64,000 bases of DNA from Lytechinus pictus (lineage: Eukaryota): the NCBI RefSeq assembly GCF_037042905.1, contig NC_087246.1:21390001-21454000 (forward strand), in the 5' to 3' direction. Positions 47,836-61,254 of the stretch are shown one piece after another. Numbering within the stretch: the stretch's first letter is position 1; every line of letters starts with the position of its first letter. A program made the position numbers and the translations under genes. The notes beneath the pieces are model-generated. The model did no database searches, was not told the origin of the DNA, and saw nothing but the letters and a program-made list of their open reading frames with translations.

Positions 47836-49356
47836 ATGCAAAAGATGGCATCATCGAAACAACTATCAGATAGTCTAGAATGTCCCATCTGTCATGATCT
47901 ACTCTGCAATCCTAAACTTCTTCCATGTTCACATTCTTTTTGCACAAGTTGTTTGACCGAACTTCACTCTTTTCAGCAAGCTGATTCCGAGTTAACTTGT
48001 CCAGTGTGTCGCCAAGATGCAAATGTTCCTGGAAATGATGTGAGTAACTTTCCAACAAATCTTATTGTCAAGTCCCTCGTCGAAGATTTCAAAAGAAGGT
48101 CTGATGCTAAGGCCGAGCGTATAAAAGGGGATGGAGGAACCACCATTCAAACTTGTACGGTTTGTGATGGTGATGATCAAGACATTGCAACCTACTACTG
48201 CCAGAACTGTTCAGAGTTCCTTTGCGAAGATTGCTTGCAACACCACAATAGATACAAGCGGAATGCATGCCATGAGACTGCGAAAGTAATAGATATTGTG
48301 GCGGGAGTTGTCAAAAAGAAATTCACATGCCCTGAACATCCACATGAACTGCAGCAGTTCGTGTGTAGCACATGTCTGGTTCGGATCTGCTGCAGATGTC
48401 GGGAGGTCGAACACAAGGAAGGTGGACATGAAGTCATCGAGATAACTGGGTATGAAAAAAGTCAGCAAGAAAAAATAGAACGTCTTTTACTGAAAATAGA
48501 GCAAACATTTGTTGACATTCCAAATGACTTATCTTCTGTTAATGAGAAGCTTCGAACAGTGAAAAATGTTATGTCCCAACGACGACAAGAAATCAAAAAT
48601 GCTTACGACAAAGCAGAAGAAATATTGCAAAGAAAGAGAAATGAATTATTCGAAGAATGTAGTACGCATGAAAAAACATTCTGTCAGAAGTTGGAAGATA
48701 TCATTGGGTGCTATTATGACTTCATTGAGACCTTTTCTGAAAATGTCACGCTTGTAAACGAGGGGGCAAGAAGTCTACACCTACCAGACCAATCACTGGC
48801 TGAGCATACAACACGAGTCAATGAGCTTGAGAGAAGTATCAAAGCTGAAGCCCTCTCACCACTTATTGCTCATGCATCAAACGTAGTACTCCGAGCAGAA
48901 TCGATTGTTTTTCGTCCGGCTGATCGTACCATTGATCTTGGTACTGTTCAGGTCATGGATCATCAACTTGAAGAGGAATTGGAAGATTCTATTTGTGTAG
49001 CAACCTGCATGGCTTCAACGGTAGAGGATACTCCCGAAAAGAAAGACGTGGAAGATCTTCATTCAACCCATTCTTCTGTATCTAAATTCATGGAGCCCGA
49101 ATCAAAGTCCCTTCCAGACAGTGATGATGACATTCTTGACTTTGATTTTTATCTTCGTGATCTTCATGATCTAACCCGCATAACTGAACAGTTGGAACGA
49201 AACAAATTGTCCGTTGACACGTCTGATCTTTCTGATACCAGTATATCTGACACATCAGACGTGTCCGCGCGTCCGGAAAGTAACAGAAGTTCAAGGCGTT
49301 CTTTTTTTGCAAATCTGAAGGCTCGATTACGATCCGGGACTGGAGACCAATTTTGA
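47836..49356 (+). CDS. TRIM/RBCC protein, type B copy 2
   Basis: Near-identical to 29782-31293 but 3 aa longer (TVQVMDHQ versus TVHHQ). Acceptor ends at 47829. Confidence 0.93.
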   Translation: MQKMASSKQLSDSLECPICHDLLCNPKLLPCSHSFCTSCLTELHSFQQADSELTCPVCRQDANVPGNDVSNFPTNLIVKSLVEDFKRRSDAKAERIKGDGGTTIQTCTVCDGDDQDIATYYCQNCSEFLCEDCLQHHNRYKRNACHETAKVIDIVAGVVKKKFTCPEHPHELQQFVCSTCLVRICCRCREVEHKEGGHEVIEITGYEKSQQEKIERLLLKIEQTFVDIPNDLSSVNEKLRTVKNVMSQRRQEIKNAYDKAEEILQRKRNELFEECSTHEKTFCQKLEDIIGCYYDFIETFSENVTLVNEGARSLHLPDQSLAEHTTRVNELERSIKAEALSPLIAHASNVVLRAESIVFRPADRTIDLGTVQVMDHQLEEELEDSICVATCMASTVEDTPEKKDVEDLHSTHSSVSKFMEPESKSLPDSDDDILDFDFYLRDLHDLTRITEQLERNKLSVDTSDLSDTSISDTSDVSARPESNRSSRRSFFANLKARLRSGTGDQF

Positions 49357-52219
49357 GTCCCTAGTTCTCAATAATTAATAAGTTTCAGTATTATATGTGT
49401 TGGTGTTAACGAGATATCATGTAGACTGCTGCCACTGGACATGTGGCGAGACCAAGATAGACTAATGTCACGAATGAGGATAATCTATTATTTGCATCTG
49501 ACCACGGAATGAGAGTGCTTACGTTGTTATTGCATATGTGTTGCAAATTGGAGCATATCTGCAGTTGGAAAACTAGACATGGCTATGACACCTGTCCCGG
49601 GGGCCACTTCCATTGACAAGTGGATAACATTCGCAACCAAAAAACACGTAAAAAGGATGTCTTTTTCAAGATAGGGCACGTTACGTAAGTAACGTAATAA
49701 GGGTGTCAAAAACAATAAAATAATGAAAAAAGGGTATCTATTTTCGCTAGGAAAGTTACGTGTTTAGGGTCAAATTTGCGAGGGTGTAAAAAATTAAGAC
49801 TAAAATGTTTTATAAAGGATGTACTTTTTGCCCTAAGAGTCAACACTACGTGTTTAGAGTACGATTATCGCGCGAGACGTGGGAGATGGGGCTGTACTAA
49901 ACCCAATCAGGTGGTAAACCGACGACCGACGACAGTGACATAACAATAAAAATATCGTTGTACTTGTTTAGCGGTTCAATTCAGGGAATACTTGCCAAGA
50001 GAATTGTTTTGTTTCCAATACTTGGTAAGGGTAGGGTTTCACACACCAATACTAAGGGTGCATTTTCAGAATATGGAAAATACGTGTTTAGTGTGCTTTT
50101 TGAGACCCCATGGTCGCGCATGGTATCCACTCGTCAATGGAAGTGGCCCCCACGGGCACCTGGTTTTAACTGTCGAACTAGTTTACCTCGGATATCTATT
50201 GACGTTATCACTTGAGACATTGTTTTCGCAAACTTGGTAAATAAAATAAAATATGTTTCATGGATAATATTGGGGAAAATAATGCAACACTTACCCGTCG
50301 ATAATTAATTTTCAATCCTACTTCTTTCATATATGGATACTATTCAGAAAACAGACATTGGAATACTTGTAACCATGTAAATTCTTAACATTAAAAAAAG
50401 TGGTAGGACACTCGAAAGTGGATTAATTGACAACCTTTCGGAAAGTTGAATAAGGGACAAGGCCTTTCCGAATAAGAAAAAGCGTGAATTTTTTTGAAAT
50501 TCAGTAAATCGATACGTGTATATAAATGTGAATATATGTCGATCTCTCATTATTTTTTGGGGAAACCATATATATTAACAAAAACATTTATTGCTTCGGA
50601 ATAAAATGTACATTTCCCCCAAATTCATAAAGATTAATTGAATGAAAGGTGAGAGGAGTCGATAGCATTAGTCATCGCATTTGAATGTACCACCACGGTT
50701 ATAAACATTACATAAAATCAAAGAATTTTCTTATAAACATCTGTTTTTTGGTAAATTAACAATTTGTTCTCCATTTATCTGTATAAATTCATATCATCTT
50801 GATATCAGTAGGTATTTTATTTTCCGAGACGTCATCATGGTTACTGCTGCTGTTTCATGACGGGATTTTTTAAAATCATCATGTATACTGTATAAGTAAT
50901 TATAATGTGTATGAGGTCCACGCGTTGGCCTAACAATCGGGCACAGATCCAGCGGAGGGTGGTACAAGATACAAGTATTTTATATTTTCTCAAAATTGTG
51001 AATTTCTTTTCAAATCTAAACATCACTCATTTTAAAGAAATGTTATTCACTTGTCAAATTTTGAGCGAGAACAATTCGTGGTAATAGGTAGTTTTCGCGC
51101 ATTTAAAACTCTTTACAACGCATCGATTCCTTTGAAAATGAAATTAAAATCAAAATGAGGCTTTTGTCGAAAGTTAATTAATTTTAGAAGTTTTGATAAA
51201 TTTTTAAATTACAAAAAAGCTTTTTTTCTAATATTTATTACAAAAATGATACTATCATTATTTATGCTATTACGAAGTAGGAATTATCGACTTTTACAGC
51301 CATTGATGAAAAAAATGTATGATTACAACGTTAGACTGAAAGGTTGCCTAATAAACGAGGGTATCACACGTATATCATTAGAATTATAGTGAATTTAACT
51401 AATAGCAAATTTTATTGCCTTTTATTTTAAAGTATGTATGTATAAAACTTTTATGATCAGTAAACATACATTAAGGGTGGCTTGGATTGACCTTATAGCG
51501 TCTCCGTCTAATTGCAGTTTTCCATCCTTTTGCAGTCTTGTACGTGAAATGAAAATGAACTTTACTTCACATACCCCATCTGGAAATTAGACCAAGCAGT
51601 TTTAGGCCAAGTGTGCATAGGCCACTCATGTCAAAGTCATATAACATCGTGAATATGGTAAAAGGACAAAATTCGAACTTCAAAAAATAAAATTAAAGAG
51701 AAAAAAGAGATAACGGCCTGGAATCATTTGCGTGAAGTCTCTTCAATTTCAAGGTTGAGTTGTTGTATATCATTGCCTTATTATACTTGACGGAAACCAC
51801 GGCATTCCCAAAGACCTTTTTCGTCTATGTTCGGAAATGATCTTCGGATTCATAACAGTCATATTCTGATTAGTTTCGATCTTTCATATTCCAAACCACG
51901 ATATTCATATTACTTTATCAAATGTGATATTGACATTGTATTGATGCAAACATGCTTCAATAAAAGGCTATTGTAGACAGTATAGTGACAATCACATTCG
52001 TCATTCTATTGAGGGTGCATTTGTATTATCAACGCTCGTTGATGTTTAGGATCGAGTTGCAAAGAGGACAGCCCCTAATATTGTGCTGAAATGATGAGTA
52101 ATTACAAATATAATTTCGCAGTATAATCTGAGTTCATTATCATCATGATTAAGATGATAATGATGATGTTGATGATGATAATTCATATCATTATCATTGT
52201 GAGTAGTAGTGGTAGTAGC

Positions 52220-52284
<65 letters not shown>

Positions 52285-53586
52285 GGCTATTCCATAAATT
52301 ATTCATCATTTTTGTACATCTGACGACTGACATCCATTCTCATTTCTTCCATCACTTCATCAACTGACCATTGCAGACTGTCATAAGAACCAAAAAAATC
52401 AGAGACAGAAAATGTCATGAAGGTCTCACATACATGAAAATACACTTTTGTAAAATTGGAAAGACAGCTCAAGAATAATTCACAATTAAGTTTGATGCTA
52501 AGGTGTCTTTGCAAGAAAGCATCGCAGACTACATCCGAATGTTAACAAAATGGTGAAATAGTTCACGTAAAATCGACTTGTCCGACGCTTCATCGAGCGA
52601 AGCCTTCTTCATAAACATGATGAAGTCAAGATCTCAAACATAGAATTAAGACATAAGACTCTCGCTTTGTAAACAGAGGGTCGTGTGTTCGAATCCCACC
52701 ACGGTCTGGCGTCCTTTGGCAAGGCGTTAATCCACACTTTGCACTCTCGACCAAGGTGCGAAATGGGTACCCGGTAGGATGTGAAATCCATTGTAGCTTG
52801 TCCAGTACTGTGTGTGCCTTATACCGGCGACTGACTGGAATATTCCCCAGGCAGTGGAGGATGTGCACACATTGTGTGCGGGAGTGACTGATTGAATTTG
52901 ATGACCGGGGTAGTATCTGTAAAGCGCTTAGACACGTCGTTCGATGTATTAATCGCTATATTAAGCGGATTATTATTATTATTATTATTATTATAATCAT
53001 TATTATTATTATTATAATTATTATTATTATTATTATTATTATTATCATTATTATTACTATTATATGCTTTGCCTTGTTAAGAATTCGTCTTTTTATATTT
53101 TTCTGGCAGGTCTTTTTTTTTGCTTCCTATGATTTTTTACTTGCTATCTTTTACAACACGTTATACATTATGAAATTCCTCCTTCCTGCATGCCCCAAAA
53201 CCGAATAACACAGTTAAAAAGGAAAAAAAAAGTTCCCCACAATAGATTTATATTTTAAAAAGACGCAGGAAGGGGGGGGGGACACAGGAAAACAGGAAAA
53301 TCAATGTTCATTGTTCAAAAATAGGAATCTGAAAGAGAAGTACTCAGAAAATTCGTTTTGCCCAATTGATCGTGGGCCCGGCAGCCATTGCGGATGGGTT
53401 TATATTCAACATGTAAGTTTCCTCATGTAAAATATTTTTGCATGGGCTGTCGCCACTATGGACCGACATTCCATCACGCCGGGTGAATTTATTATCTATT
53501 GAACCTACATATTTTAATTTTGAAAAAAAATATCAATGCTTTGTTATTGATCATCCCTGGATGATAGTTTGGGAGAGCGGCTTTAA

Positions 53587-54062
53587 AGGACAAGTCCACC
53601 CCAGAAAATTGTTGATTTGAATAAAAGGAGAAAAATCCAACAAGCATAACACTGAAAATTTCATTAAAATAGGATGTAAAATAAGAAAGTTATGACATTT
53701 TTACGTTTCGCTTATTTTCACAAAACAGTTATATGCACAACTCGGTGATATGCAAATGAGAGAGTCAGTGATGTCACTCACTCACTCACTATTTCTTTTG
53801 TTTTTTATTGTCTGAATTATACAATATTTCATTTTTTGCAGATTTGACAATAGGGACCAACTTGACTTGGGTGACGACATCAGTCTTCTCATTTGCATAC
53901 CGACCAGGATGTGCATTTAACTGTTTTGTGAAAATAAGTGAAACTTTAAAATGTCATGACTTTCTTATTGTACATCCGATTTTGATGACATTTCCAGTGC
54001 TATGCTTGTTTGACTTTTCTCCTTTTATTCCAATCAACTTTTTGTTGGGGTGGACTTGTCCT
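53587..54062. mobile_element. Kolobok-like MITE with internal deletion
   Basis: TTAA TSD and the same TIRs as 35533-36122. Lacks about 130 bp after GGACCAACTTGACTT. Confidence 0.85.
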
Positions 54063-55582
54063 TTAAAGTCAACAATGACTTCTTTCGTGTCGTGCTAGAC
54101 GGATTTCAAGCCCGCCCAGTCCCCCTTTCTCTGCCTTTATTCATTTCTCTCTCTTTCTACCCAAATCCATCTCCCGAGAACCTGGATAAGTTCAGAGTTC
54201 AAAGTTAAATATATTTTTACAATTAATGGGTATGTGCCTTATAAGGTAGGATTATAACCGATGTGAATTTGTGCGTGAAGTACTGACAACAGATTGAGGA
54301 ACTCAGGGGTAATGAATCGTTCAAGCTGTGTCAAGTATTAAAATACAACAGACTATAGTGTCATAGGGTGTAGGGAACTGCTTTCAGGGTACTGAATTTC
54401 CCGTTGTCCACCAAGGATACCTAAAGAAGAACGGAATCTCCAAAGTCTTTGCAAAAATCAAGTGGCATAGCGCGTAAGTAAAATCTCTACATATATTTCA
54501 TTCAAATAGACTGATTTCTAGGGTAGGCCTTCTGTAATTAATGGACGAATAGCATTTATTTAATGTATGAATATAATATGCTTACTGGCTTAACAGTGCG
54601 ATTCACAGGTACATATTGACCTCCACAACATTTTCAGTCATTTGACCTTTGATTATGAAATGTATCGTGAGACTCATGCCAATATTCAATCCGTGGGTGG
54701 AGCCGAGCAGATGGGAGTGATGGTGTGGCTGACCATGCAAAAAAAAACACCCCACAAATATATAGTCAGATGTTGATTTTTACGTTTTGTAAATGTCTAT
54801 TGGAAAAAGTGCCCCTATCCGATTTCGCCGACTCTGTTCAGAAAACAAGCATCAAGAATACGCTATTTCCACCTCATGGGGTTATACCTAGATGGCAAAC
54901 ACCACTTGTATCTATATGAAGTGAATGAAAAAAAAAAATAATAGCAATAATTAATTGTGTTTGAAGCGTTTTATTTCAGGATGTCCTTTGCTCGGTAAAA
55001 CAAAATTTAGCAAATTAGTGGTAATGGAAATGGTTGTATTCACAATCAATCATGAAAATCAATAGTACCGTGTAGGTTTCACGGTACACCATGTATCTTT
55101 CTTGGGCAATTGTTGGTCCTGAAAAGGAACACCCAAACTCGACTTTTAGAAAAGAGTGTTCTTGTCGTCCTCAGGTGAAAATCAATCGACGATCAATCGA
55201 CAAATGCTTTTGTGTTACACGACCCAGATTGTTCTTTGTGCCCTGAATACACTTTAGCATCCAAATTTATAAATTTCAAATGACAAGGATCTAATTTTAG
55301 GTGTCATATGAAACAAATAACGAATGTTCTTTTCATTCGTGCAATGCACAGAGTACTCGGTGAAAGATAACTGGATCATTTAATATTTCACCTTATGAAT
55401 CATTTTGTCCATTGCTGCACACATGAACATAATTTGTATACTATTTCATGATGATCGCATTGTGATGAACATTATGTCTGGACAGGTAGGATTCAAATTT
55501 TATGAATTAAAGAGTTTGAAATTACACTCTTCTGAAATTAGCAATAGAAATATTGTCTCTTTAATTTGTTGTCTAGAATCGG

Positions 55583-56939
55583 ATGGCTACAGCAAGGCAA
55601 TTCTCAGACCATCTAAAATGCCCAATCTGCCGTGATCTACTTTGCAATCCTAAACTTCTGCGATGTTCACATTCTTTTTGCTTAAGTTGTTTGACCAAAT
55701 ATCACTCTTCTCAGCAAGCTGTTTCCAGATTAACTTGTCCAGTGTGTCGCCAAGTTGCAACGGTTCCGCGAAATGATGTGCGTAACTTTCAAACAAATTA
55801 TATTATCAAGTCCCTTGTCGAAGATTACAAAGGGAGATCAGATGCTAAAGGCCGAACGTATCAAAGGGAGTGGAGGAACCACCATTCAAACTTGCACGGT
55901 TTGTGATGGTGATGATGAAGACATTGCAACCTATTACTGCCAGAACTGTTCGGAGTACCTTTGCGAAGACTGTCTCCAACACCACAATAGATACAAGCGG
56001 AATGCATACCATGAGACTGTGAAAGTAATAGATCTTGAGATGGGAATTGTCAAAAAGAAATTCAAATGCCCTAAACATCACGAGGAGCTGCAGCAGTATG
56101 TGTGTACTACATGTCTGGTTCGGATCTGTGGCAGATGTCAAGAGGTCAAACACAAGGAAGATGGACATGAAGTCATCCTTATGACAAAGTATGAAGAAAG
56201 ACAACAAAATACAATAGAATGCCTTTTAATGAAAACAGACCAAACCTCCGCGGATATTGAAAATCGTTTATCTTCTGTGAATGAGAAGCTTGGAACCGTT
56301 GAAAATATTGTGGCTCAACTACGACAAGAAATTGGAAACGCTTACGACATTGCAGACAAAAATTTGCAAAGGAAGAGAAATGTTTTATTAGAAGAATGCG
56401 ATAGGCATTACGACACATTCCGTTTGCAGTTTGAAGATATAAGTAAGTGCTATCGTAACTTCCTACAAACTTTACCTGCTCTGAAGGCCACGCTCGAAAA
56501 CGACATGAAAGATGGGGTAAGGAATATACACAACCCAGACTATTTACTCAAAGAGCATACAGCACGAGTCAATGAGCTTGAAAGAAGTCTCAAAGCTGAA
56601 GCCATCTCCCCGCTTCTTGCTCAGACATCAAACGTAGTACTCCGAGCAGAATCGATTGTTTTTCGTCCGGCTGATCGTACCATTGATCTTGGTACTGTTC
56701 TGTCTGTTCAGGCCATGGATCATCAGCTTAATACGGAATTGGAGGATTCTATTTCTGGAGCGACCTGCATGGCTTCAGCAATTGAGGATGATCCCGAAAA
56801 GAAAGACGTGGAAGATCTTCATTCAACCCGTTCAGGACGGTCTGTGCGATCTTTCTTTACAAATCTGAGGCGTCAGGCTCGAATACGGATCAGTACTCGA
56901 GATCGACCTCGACTCCCGAATTCTCAGTTTTATTTGTAG
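55583..56939 (+). pseudogene. TRIM/RBCC type C, split by a +1 frameshift (pseudogene, split gene or sequence error)
   Basis: GATGCTAAAGGCC (55841-55853) versus GATGCTAAGGCC in paralogs. The RING is in ORF 55583-55906, and the B-boxes and coiled coil are in ORF 55755-56939. Confidence 0.85.
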
Positions 56940-58440
56940 GCGGATCTAAGGAGGGGGGGGGGGGAGCTGCGGTCCCCTTATTTGCGGTGCAAGGGGGGAT
57001 AAACCTAAAAATAAAAACAGAAGGGAAAGAAGAAGAAAACAGGAGGAAGACAAATTAATAAAATTAGATGAGGGGAAGATTTGGAAAATTAAAACGAGAA
57101 TCTTTCATGTAACTATGTAAAATTTCCGCTCGCGCTTCGCTCTCGCATCGCCTGTTCGATTATTCGATTCGATTATTAAATAGTGCGCTGTAGGTGTCTC
57201 GTTTTATGGTCTTAATATCTACATTTTTCATTATTTGATTTGTGAAGTATCTATTATCTTTGTGTATTCCATTAAATTCTCATAATATCCCTTGTTAGGT
57301 CCGATTGTCAAAACATATCTGCTAGCGCTGCGTGCTCGCATTTTGATTAGTGAAATATGTCTTCTATATGAATTCTGACAAACTATTTAAAATCCCCTGT
57401 TCATAATGGTTTATAAAAAAAAAATTAGCTCACGCCTTGCGCTCGCATGAATGTTTAAATGTATTAACCCATGCATAGGCAGCAGAAGCGGGGCGGGGGG
57501 GGGGGGTGGTGGGCGGATGGGGGACATGTCCCCCTTCTAAATTTCAGGTGGGGGGAGACTCCTTCTCCTAAAGAGAAAGAGGGAAGGAAAAAAAACAATG
57601 AAGAAAGAGAGGAAGTAAGGAAGAAAGAAAGAAGAAACAAAAGAAAAAAGAAAGGAAAAGAAAAATGTATCAATTATACTGAGCAGCTGAAACTAGAAAT
57701 GTTGAAACCTACAGTACATCAATTAGAATAGCAAAAATGACAGTTTTTACTATGGAAAACACACATTTTGAACTCGCTCCCAATCGATTTCGTTCAAAAA
57801 ATTAAAAGCAAAAACTAATAATTAGAACCCAATTTCAATAAACATCTTGGCGTTGACTCTACATCCATGCTGTCCAGGGTCATGTTCATTTCGGGAATTT
57901 GTTTAGTACCTTTTAAAAAGAAATATAACGAGTAGTAGTAAAAAGACTGGAAACACAATAACTATGAAATTAATTAAAAGTGTGATTAAATTTTGCACTT
58001 CATGTTTATATATATAGTCAGTAATCAATAGGCTTTCCAACATTTTTTTTTATAGCTAATAAAAAAACTCAACTATTATCGGTTGTTGCCTGCTCTTATA
58101 CCTTCAAATAATAAATATTCTGAGATTAACTTGACAAATTTAGGATGTTGATTTCATATAAACAAGTTTCTTTCTTTCTTTTTTACAAAATGCTCTCTGG
58201 AAATTTCAGAATTCTGAAGCTGCCAGGGGTTTCGCTCCCTGGACCCCACCCGATGCAGGCTTCCGCTACGCGACGAAATTAAAAAAAAATAAAGAAAAAT
58301 AGGAAGGAGATGGGAGAAGTTTTATCAAGATAAGTAGATAAACAAATTTTAGTAGAAAAAAGGGAGGGGATGATTGGAAAATCGGGTCATTACATAAAAA
58401 TAAAAATTTCGCTCGCGCTTCGCGCTCGCACTCCATGATC
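56936..58440. mobile_element. Cluster of decayed hAT-like MITE fragments
   Basis: TAGGCGGATCT plus a G-run at 56937, CATAGGCAGCAGAAGCGGGG at 57474, and repeated GCTCGCGCTTCGCGCTCGC motifs as in 14905-16101. Boundaries are uncertain. Confidence 0.5.
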
Positions 58441-59809
58441 AGCATGTTCAGAGAGATAATCTGCTAGCATGGAACTTTGAATATCCCATTTCCAAGTCAA
58501 TATCCACAGATTCTATTACATACATTCGTACAAGCCTTCAGAGGGCTAGCATATTTCCAGGTGCTAGGCAGTGAGACCATACAAAAGAAATTCAAAGCAA
58601 TTTTTAAATTCAAATGAGGCACATCAGTAAAAGCATGGATGTAGAAGTCTTCTCTTCCTTAGTGTTTCACGGCAGTGCATTCCATCAGTACAGTGTCAAC
58701 GTAGCAGAGCATAGTGTTTTGATCTTCAGGTATCACAGTCCTAATTCAATCCCCATAGACTCGTGTGTTAAAGTGGCACCGAATTCATTAAACATAAGGA
58801 GGAAATTCGAGGGTTGAATGTTTACTACCAGTGGATAGGATAAATGTCTGACATTCCATATCTGACCAGAAAGAGGTACCTCGACCGGCTCATTTTAAAA
58901 ATAAATCAGCATTTATGAAGACTACACCTGACGGGATCAAAATCATCACTTGAGAGAGTAAAATGACCCTAATTCTTCCGCCAGTAAAAATTTAGTTCCA
59001 TAGTGGTGATATATCTTTCCAATTTGGAAAACAAAAGTTCAGTAGGTACCCTCCCTAGAATCAGTGTTAGATTGTCAATCATATTCATTAATTTTTGTCA
59101 TTCAGCAAGATCAAATTAAAAAATTGGGTTGGCTCGAATGAATATCTATGGCCTGCCACTTGTGATTAGGCCCGTGCAACCTTCAGTTACTGCAACCATT
59201 TGTAATAGGTCCATGCTGCAACCACTACCAACCCGGGAAGCAGGGGTGCCAGTCCCATATATCAGCCCAGCTGAATCAACGCACGTCCTTGCTGAATTGA
59301 AATTTACTAGCAGCAATTAGCCGTGTCAGCACAGGGGTAGGAGTCATTCTTCTTTATCAAGATGTGTGTGTGTGTGTGTGTGGGGGGGGGGGTGACATTC
59401 CTGTATTTACAGCTAGACTGCCTATTGACACGGAAAGCCAAGCAGTTTATTGATGAAAAAGTATATTAAACAACTGATTCATAGCGGACTTCTCTTTCAG
59501 TATAGATATGATGTTCAATTAACTTAAGCATCTAAGGTTGAACTGTAGGAAGAACTTCAATAATCATTACGGAGTGAAATCCAAATCTAACTATAAAATA
59601 GAAAATGTATTAGAACACGGTGTATTAAGTAAGCAGTCAAGAGGCAAATATATTTATACAGTTATGTTATCATTACATGTATTGGGTCAGAAATAAATAT
59701 GTAAGTAAATTGCACATGTACCTTACAATATACATTAGACTGCGATTGTTTGTACTTTTTAAATTAAAGGTTGCTCAATCATATAGTACAGCGGGATGTC
59801 GAAAAGAAA

Positions 59810-59964
59810 CGAGTGAGAGAAAGGGGGGGGGTGATAATGAGGGAGACAGAAACAGTGGTGGGAAAAATGAGTCAGACAGACAGTGAGGAAAATGAAAGAC
59901 AGGCAATGGGGAAAATGAGAGAGAGAGGGAAAAATGAAAGAGACCCACACGGGGAAAATGAATA

Positions 59965-59996
<32 letters not shown>

Positions 59997-60112
59997 TGGG
60001 ATAATGAATGAAAGAGAGAGAGAGAGTGGGGAAAATGAGAGAGACAGTGGGTAAAATGGATGTGAGAGACAGTAGGAAAATCAGAGAGAGATGAACTTGA
60101 GAGAGATAGAGA
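59810..60112. repeat. Degenerate purine-rich minisatellite (GAGAGACAGTGGGGAAAATGA-like units)
   Basis: About ten imperfect units visible. Confidence 0.75.
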
Positions 60113-60280
60113 AATTATAAAGAATACAAAAGACCGAGGGGGGGGGGGAGAGAGGGGGGGGGGGGTTAGATGTTAATTGTAATAAAAAAAAAAACGATTT
60201 ACATGGCTTCCATGTGCTTTTTTTTAAAGTATCCTAGGCCTAGGGCTGGGCTATAGATTTCTAGATCTAGAGTCTTTTAA

Positions 60281-60746
60281 AGGTCAAGTCCACCCCGGGA
60301 AAATACTGACTTGAATAAATAGAGAAAAATCAAACTAGCATAAGGTTGAAAATTTCATTAATATCGGATGTGAAATAAGAAAGTTATGACATTTTAAAGT
60401 TTCGCTTATTTTTCACAAAACAGTGATATGCACAACTCAGTGACATGCAAATGAGACAGTCGATGATGTCCCTCACTCACTATTTCTTTTGTTTTTGTAT
60501 TGTTTAAAACATATAATGTTTCATTTTTTATAGATATGACAATAAGGACCAACTTGACTGAACCATATAGTATTAAATAATGCTAATTCCACATATTTGG
60601 GGAGGAATTAATCGTTGTATCACTTGACTATGAGGAGAAAATTAGAATATTTCACATTTCATATAATAAAATACAAAAAAGAAATAGTGAGCGGATGACG
60701 TCATAATCTCCTCTTTTTCAACGTTCTGTTGGGGTGGACTTGTCCT
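60281..60746. mobile_element. Kolobok-like MITE, independent insertion
   Basis: TTAA|AGGTCAAGTCCACCCC ... GGGGTGGACTTGTCCT|TTAA, with flanks unrelated to the other copies. Confidence 0.85.
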
Positions 60747-60984
60747 TTAAGTAACGTTAAGTTCTCTCGGCCTAACGTTAGAGGCTAGATCTATACTGTT
60801 CTAACTATTTTGAATTTGAACCCCTCTCCCATACAAAATTGAAAAAAAGTTTTGTACGGTACTCTGTACTACATCAGCCACACAAATTTATCATACGTTA
60901 GAATTTCAGAATGGAGCTTCACTGCAGAATCATTCACAATAAAATAAATAAATAGGTTTGTCAGAAAGTCGTACTCATGCTCAC

Positions 60985-61254
60985 CAGAAGCGGATCTAGA
61001 GGGGGGGTTGGGGGGGTTGCAACCCCCCCAAAAAAAAAATCCGGGGACCATTTTTTAAAATCTTATCTTTTTTAGATGCAAGAAAACGCCATTTTCACAC
61101 ACAGATTTTCAAAAATTTTCCCTACTGTGGGAGGGGGGACACCCCCCTCCCACACCCTCCCCCCTCGCTCGCTCCGCTCGCTTGGACTCGGTCGCTACGC
61201 TCCCTCGCATACCATCCCAACCCCCCCCTTTATAAAAAGCTGGATCCGCCCCTG
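60985..61254. mobile_element. GC-rich MITE
   Basis: Termini CAGAAGCGGATC / GATCCGCCCCTG, with CTCAC on both sides. Confidence 0.7.

Larger units (their letters stand above)
39350..53300 (+). repeat. Second copy of a tandem segmental duplication (first copy about 18900-35300; looser similarity continues to 38900/55600)
   Basis: Colinear near-identity of genes and spacers. The offset is 20454 at gene A and 18054 at gene B, and the difference is largely accounted for by the TE insertions and the 1.4 kb deletion. Confidence 0.92.
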
